Shown here one piece after another: positions 59,765-64,000 of a stretch of 64,000 bases of DNA; the first letter of the stretch is position 1; each line of letters opens with the position of its first letter. The stretch covers positions 2,496,001 to 2,560,000 of the forward strand of contig OY760142.1 in the NCBI GenBank assembly GCA_963663225.1, given 5' to 3'. The notes beneath the pieces are model-generated. The model was not told the origin of the DNA. It worked only from the letters and a program-made list of their open reading frames with translations, and did no database searches. The stretch comes from Nitrospirota bacterium (GTDB lineage: Bacteria > Nitrospirota > UBA9217). Both the position numbers and the translations under genes were made by a program.

Positions 59765-60364
59765 ATGTCAACATATACGGTAGCGGTAACAGGCGCTTCA
59801 GGCGCTCCCTATGCTTACCGGCTTCTTCAGGTATTGGTTCAAGCCGGGCATTCTGTTTATGTCTCCATTTCTGCAACGGGAGTATCAATTCTTGCTGCGG
59901 AGGCGAATCTGCATCTCAGAGGATCGGAGAACGATATCCAGCAACAACTCCGAAATCATTTTGGTGCAAAGGAAGGCCAAATCACGTATTTTGATGAAGA
60001 TAACCTGTATGTCCCGATTGCAAGCGGTTCTATTCCGGTGGACGCCATGGTTGTCATTCCCTGCTCCATGAAAACACTGGCATCCGTTGCGAACGGTTTT
60101 TCGTCAAATCTTATCGAACGTGCTGCGGATGTGATGTTGAAGGAGCGTAGAAGGCTTATTCTTGTGCCGCGGGAAGCACCGCTTTCAGCAATCCATCTGA
60201 AGAACATGTTGACGCTTGCCGAGGCCGGTTGCCACATTATTCCGGCAATGCCTGCGTTCTATCATCATCCGAAGGCAATTTCCGACTTGATCGATTTTAT
60301 TGTTGGAAGAGTGCTGAACAGCATGGGGATTGAAAACGAGTTGGCGCCGCGATGGACGGAGTAG
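59765..60364 (+). CDS. ubiX: Flavin prenyltransferase UbiX
   Basis: TGASG, IASGS, PCSMKTL, RAADVMLKERR, PAFYH. Confidence 0.95.
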   Translation: MSTYTVAVTGASGAPYAYRLLQVLVQAGHSVYVSISATGVSILAAEANLHLRGSENDIQQQLRNHFGAKEGQITYFDEDNLYVPIASGSIPVDAMVVIPCSMKTLASVANGFSSNLIERAADVMLKERRRLILVPREAPLSAIHLKNMLTLAEAGCHIIPAMPAFYHHPKAISDLIDFIVGRVLNSMGIENELAPRWTE

Positions 60365-60412
60365 TTGTTCTTACGCTGCCGGTGTGTCACCGGTATTTTT
60401 TGCAGGTGTCAG

Positions 60413-60874
60413 TCAGGCGTTATACTCGGTGCCGCCTCCCTCGCTTTCGCCCAGATTTTTCATCCAGCTGTCGACAATTGAGGCGTCCTGCTTGGATATC
60501 ACGTCCTCCTCAACGAAAACCGGCGCTCCGATACGAATTGCAACGGCAATGGCATCGCTGGGTCGGGAGTCAATGTGATACTCCTTGTTATTTTGGAGAA
60601 GGTAGAGAGAAGCATAGAATGTATTATCGATAAGATCGCTGATGACGACCCGGGCAACTTCAATCTCCAGCCGGTCGAACATGTTGACGATCAGGTCATG
60701 CGTAAAGGGGCGGGACGCCTTAACGTTGCTCATGGCCATTGCGATGGAATTGCCTTCGGAAGCCCCTATCCAGATTGGTAGTATCTTCTTTCCGCTTTCA
60801 TCCTTGAGAACAATAATATAACTGCTGTTCTTGCTGTCAAAGAGAATAGTATTTACGCTCATTTGTATCCACAT
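60413..60874 (-). CDS. Bifunctional nuclease family protein (DUF151)
   Basis: LPIWIG, RPFTHDL, DSRPSDAIAVA. Confidence 0.93.
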   Translation of the reverse strand: MWIQMSVNTILFDSKNSSYIIVLKDESGKKILPIWIGASEGNSIAMAMSNVKASRPFTHDLIVNMFDRLEIEVARVVISDLIDNTFYASLYLLQNNKEYHIDSRPSDAIAVAIRIGAPVFVEEDVISKQDASIVDSWMKNLGESEGGGTEYNA

Positions 60875-61000
60875 GTTTGTTGAGCCCTTTAATTAAAGAT
60901 AGCACACCGAATCTGGCAAGTAAAGGGATTATTTTATTGACTTTTTTTGAAGATAGGCTATACTTTTTACCCTGAAACCGCTAGAAAATACCGATCAAGA

Positions 61001-62665
61001 ATGAAACAAACCATACACGAAATTCTGCATCTCGCACTTACCCGGGCACAAAAAAAGGGCGAGTTAAAGCTTGAAACACCGCCGACGATTATACTTGATA
61101 CCCCGAGAGAGAAAAATCATGGCGACCTTGCTACTACGCTTGCCCTGACGCTGGCGAAACCGGAATCAAAATCCCCGAGGAAGATTGCGGAGATCATCAT
61201 CGCCAATATCCAGGATGATGCCGGCATTATCGAAAAGACCGAAATAGCCGGACCGGGTTTTATTAATTTTTTCTTGAAGCAAGACCGTTGGAAAAAGACG
61301 CTCTTTGAAATAGAGTCGGAAGGGGCTTCGTACGGACTCAAAAACATCGGGAAAGGCGAGCGGGTGCTCGTGGAGTTCGTGAGCGCCAATCCCACGGGTC
61401 CGTTGCATGTCGGCCATGGCCGCGGCGCCGCGGTGGGGGACGCCCTCGCGAATTTGCTAGCAGCGGTCGGCTACGATGTCACGCGCGAATTTTATATCAA
61501 CGATGCAGGCCGCCAGATAAAGCTTCTCAGCGAGTCGATTTATTCGAGGTATCAGCAAGCCTGCGGAAATGCGGTCCAGTTTCCGGAAGACGGTTACCAC
61601 GGCGATTATGTGGAAGAGCTTGCCCGCGACTTTATTCAACAGCACGGGAACAAATATCTGAACGTTCCTTTTGAAGAATGCAGAGATGTATTCGGAATTT
61701 TCGGCAAAGAGATGATGCTTGCCGATATCAGGACCGATCTCGAAGCATTCGGGGTCCGCTTTGATACGTGGTTCAGTGAAGCAAACCTTCTTCAGGATCA
61801 GTCAGTCCAGACCTCTGTCGAAGAATTGCGGGAAAGCAGAAACCTGTATGAGCAGGACGGGGCGCTGTGGTTCCGTTCCACGGCGTTCGGCGACGACAAG
61901 GACCGCGTTGTAAAAAAGCAGGACGGGGCATGGACGTATCTTGCCACGGATATTGCCTATCATCGCCAAAAACTCGGCCGCGGATATAAAACACTTGTGA
62001 ATATTTGGGGAGCCGATCATCATGGTTACATCCCCCGTATGCAGGCGGTCATTCAGGCTTTCGGCCATCCCAAAGATTCACTGCACGTCCTTCTTGTCCA
62101 ATTGGTGGCCATTTTGCGGCATGGACAGCCGGTTCCCATGTCCAAACGTGCCGGAACGTTTGTGACGCTCAGAGATGTTGTGCAGGACGTCGGTGCCGAT
62201 GTGGCGCGCTATATTTTCCTGACACGCCGCTCCGACAGCCATCTGGATTTCGACCTGGATGTTGCAAAAGAACAGTCCAGGGAAAACCCGGTGTATTATG
62301 TTCAATATGCTCATGCGCGGCTGGCAAGCCTGTTTCGTGAAGCTGAGTCGAGAAAAATTTCAATACCCAAAAGCAGCACTGCGGATTTAAACCTCCTGGA
62401 CCAGTCGGAGGAACAACACCTTATAAAAGCCCTTGCAAAATATCCCGAACTGGTTGAAGAAGCGGCACAGGCTTATGAACCTCACCGGCTGACGTATTAT
62501 TTGCAGGACCTTGCCGGTCTGCTCCATAATTACTATTTTAAACATCGGGTCATTACCGATGATGTGGATCGTACCGGAGCAAAACTCTTTCTTTTGAAAC
62601 AGGTAAAGACCGTTATACAGAGTGCACTCGGGATTCTGGGGGTCAGTGCTCCGGACAGGATGTGA
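61001..62665 (+). CDS. argS: Arginine-tRNA ligase
   Basis: EFVSANPTGPLHVGH, GADHHGY, MSKRAG, YVQYAHAR. Confidence 0.98.
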   Translation: MKQTIHEILHLALTRAQKKGELKLETPPTIILDTPREKNHGDLATTLALTLAKPESKSPRKIAEIIIANIQDDAGIIEKTEIAGPGFINFFLKQDRWKKTLFEIESEGASYGLKNIGKGERVLVEFVSANPTGPLHVGHGRGAAVGDALANLLAAVGYDVTREFYINDAGRQIKLLSESIYSRYQQACGNAVQFPEDGYHGDYVEELARDFIQQHGNKYLNVPFEECRDVFGIFGKEMMLADIRTDLEAFGVRFDTWFSEANLLQDQSVQTSVEELRESRNLYEQDGALWFRSTAFGDDKDRVVKKQDGAWTYLATDIAYHRQKLGRGYKTLVNIWGADHHGYIPRMQAVIQAFGHPKDSLHVLLVQLVAILRHGQPVPMSKRAGTFVTLRDVVQDVGADVARYIFLTRRSDSHLDFDLDVAKEQSRENPVYYVQYAHARLASLFREAESRKISIPKSSTADLNLLDQSEEQHLIKALAKYPELVEEAAQAYEPHRLTYYLQDLAGLLHNYYFKHRVITDDVDRTGAKLFLLKQVKTVIQSALGILGVSAPDRM

Positions 62666-62740
62666 TCTGACTGATTGTCAATGTACAGATCCGGCATTAA
62701 AATTTTTTATTATGCCCCTCATTCCTCAACACAAAAATAA

Positions 62741-63865
<1,125 letters not shown>

Positions 63866-63961
63866 CCTGCTGTCGTAAAAAGTTGCAAATCTGCAAAATA
63901 ATATAGTATCCTGCTTGGCATACAGGCACTCATATTCGAAATCCAAAAAGGAGGGATTACA

Positions 63962-64000
63962 ATGTTTGTAGAAACCGCATATGCAATGGGAGCGTCCGGA
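63962..64000 (+). CDS. yajC: Probable N-terminus of preprotein translocase YajC (partial)
   Basis: MFVETAYAMGASG after a GGAGGAGG RBS; canonical tgt-yajC order. Confidence 0.6.
   Translation, partial: MFVETAYAMGASG

Overview
Gene-dense bacterial chromosome segment, roughly 50% GC by eye. Gene content suggests a diderm anaerobe or microaerophile, Nitrospirota- or Desulfobacterota-like (inference only). From left to right: an ABC exporter plus transglutaminase-like operon, glycerate kinase, an ankyrin-HEAT lipoprotein, surE-pcm, crcB-DUF190-PAP2, nifU, an orphan rnfD, gcvH-lpdA, a second disulfide reductase, an LhgO-like oxidase and a cytochrome c'/diheme cytochrome pair. Next come a complete 13-gene complex I operon (fused nuoCD, long nuoG) followed by transketolase, an octaheme nitrite reductase and ihfA-merR-tRNA-Pro(GGG). 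The right part holds a mixed accessory stretch, a plant-like thrC/cystathionine gamma-synthase pair, tatA, two tandem kup genes, rmuC, nadA, an LPS heptosyltransferase, MFS-LOG-nitroreductase-ubiX, DUF151 and argS-tgt-yajC. I saw no integrase, transposase, CRISPR array or defence system. The best leads are the plant-type Thr/Met branch-point operon, the orphan RnfD beside lipoyl/disulfide redox genes, a CX4CH heme motif in the nitrite reductase, mosaic gene conversion between the kup copies and an apparently leaderless nuoA. All family calls come from motif recognition; no database searches were run.
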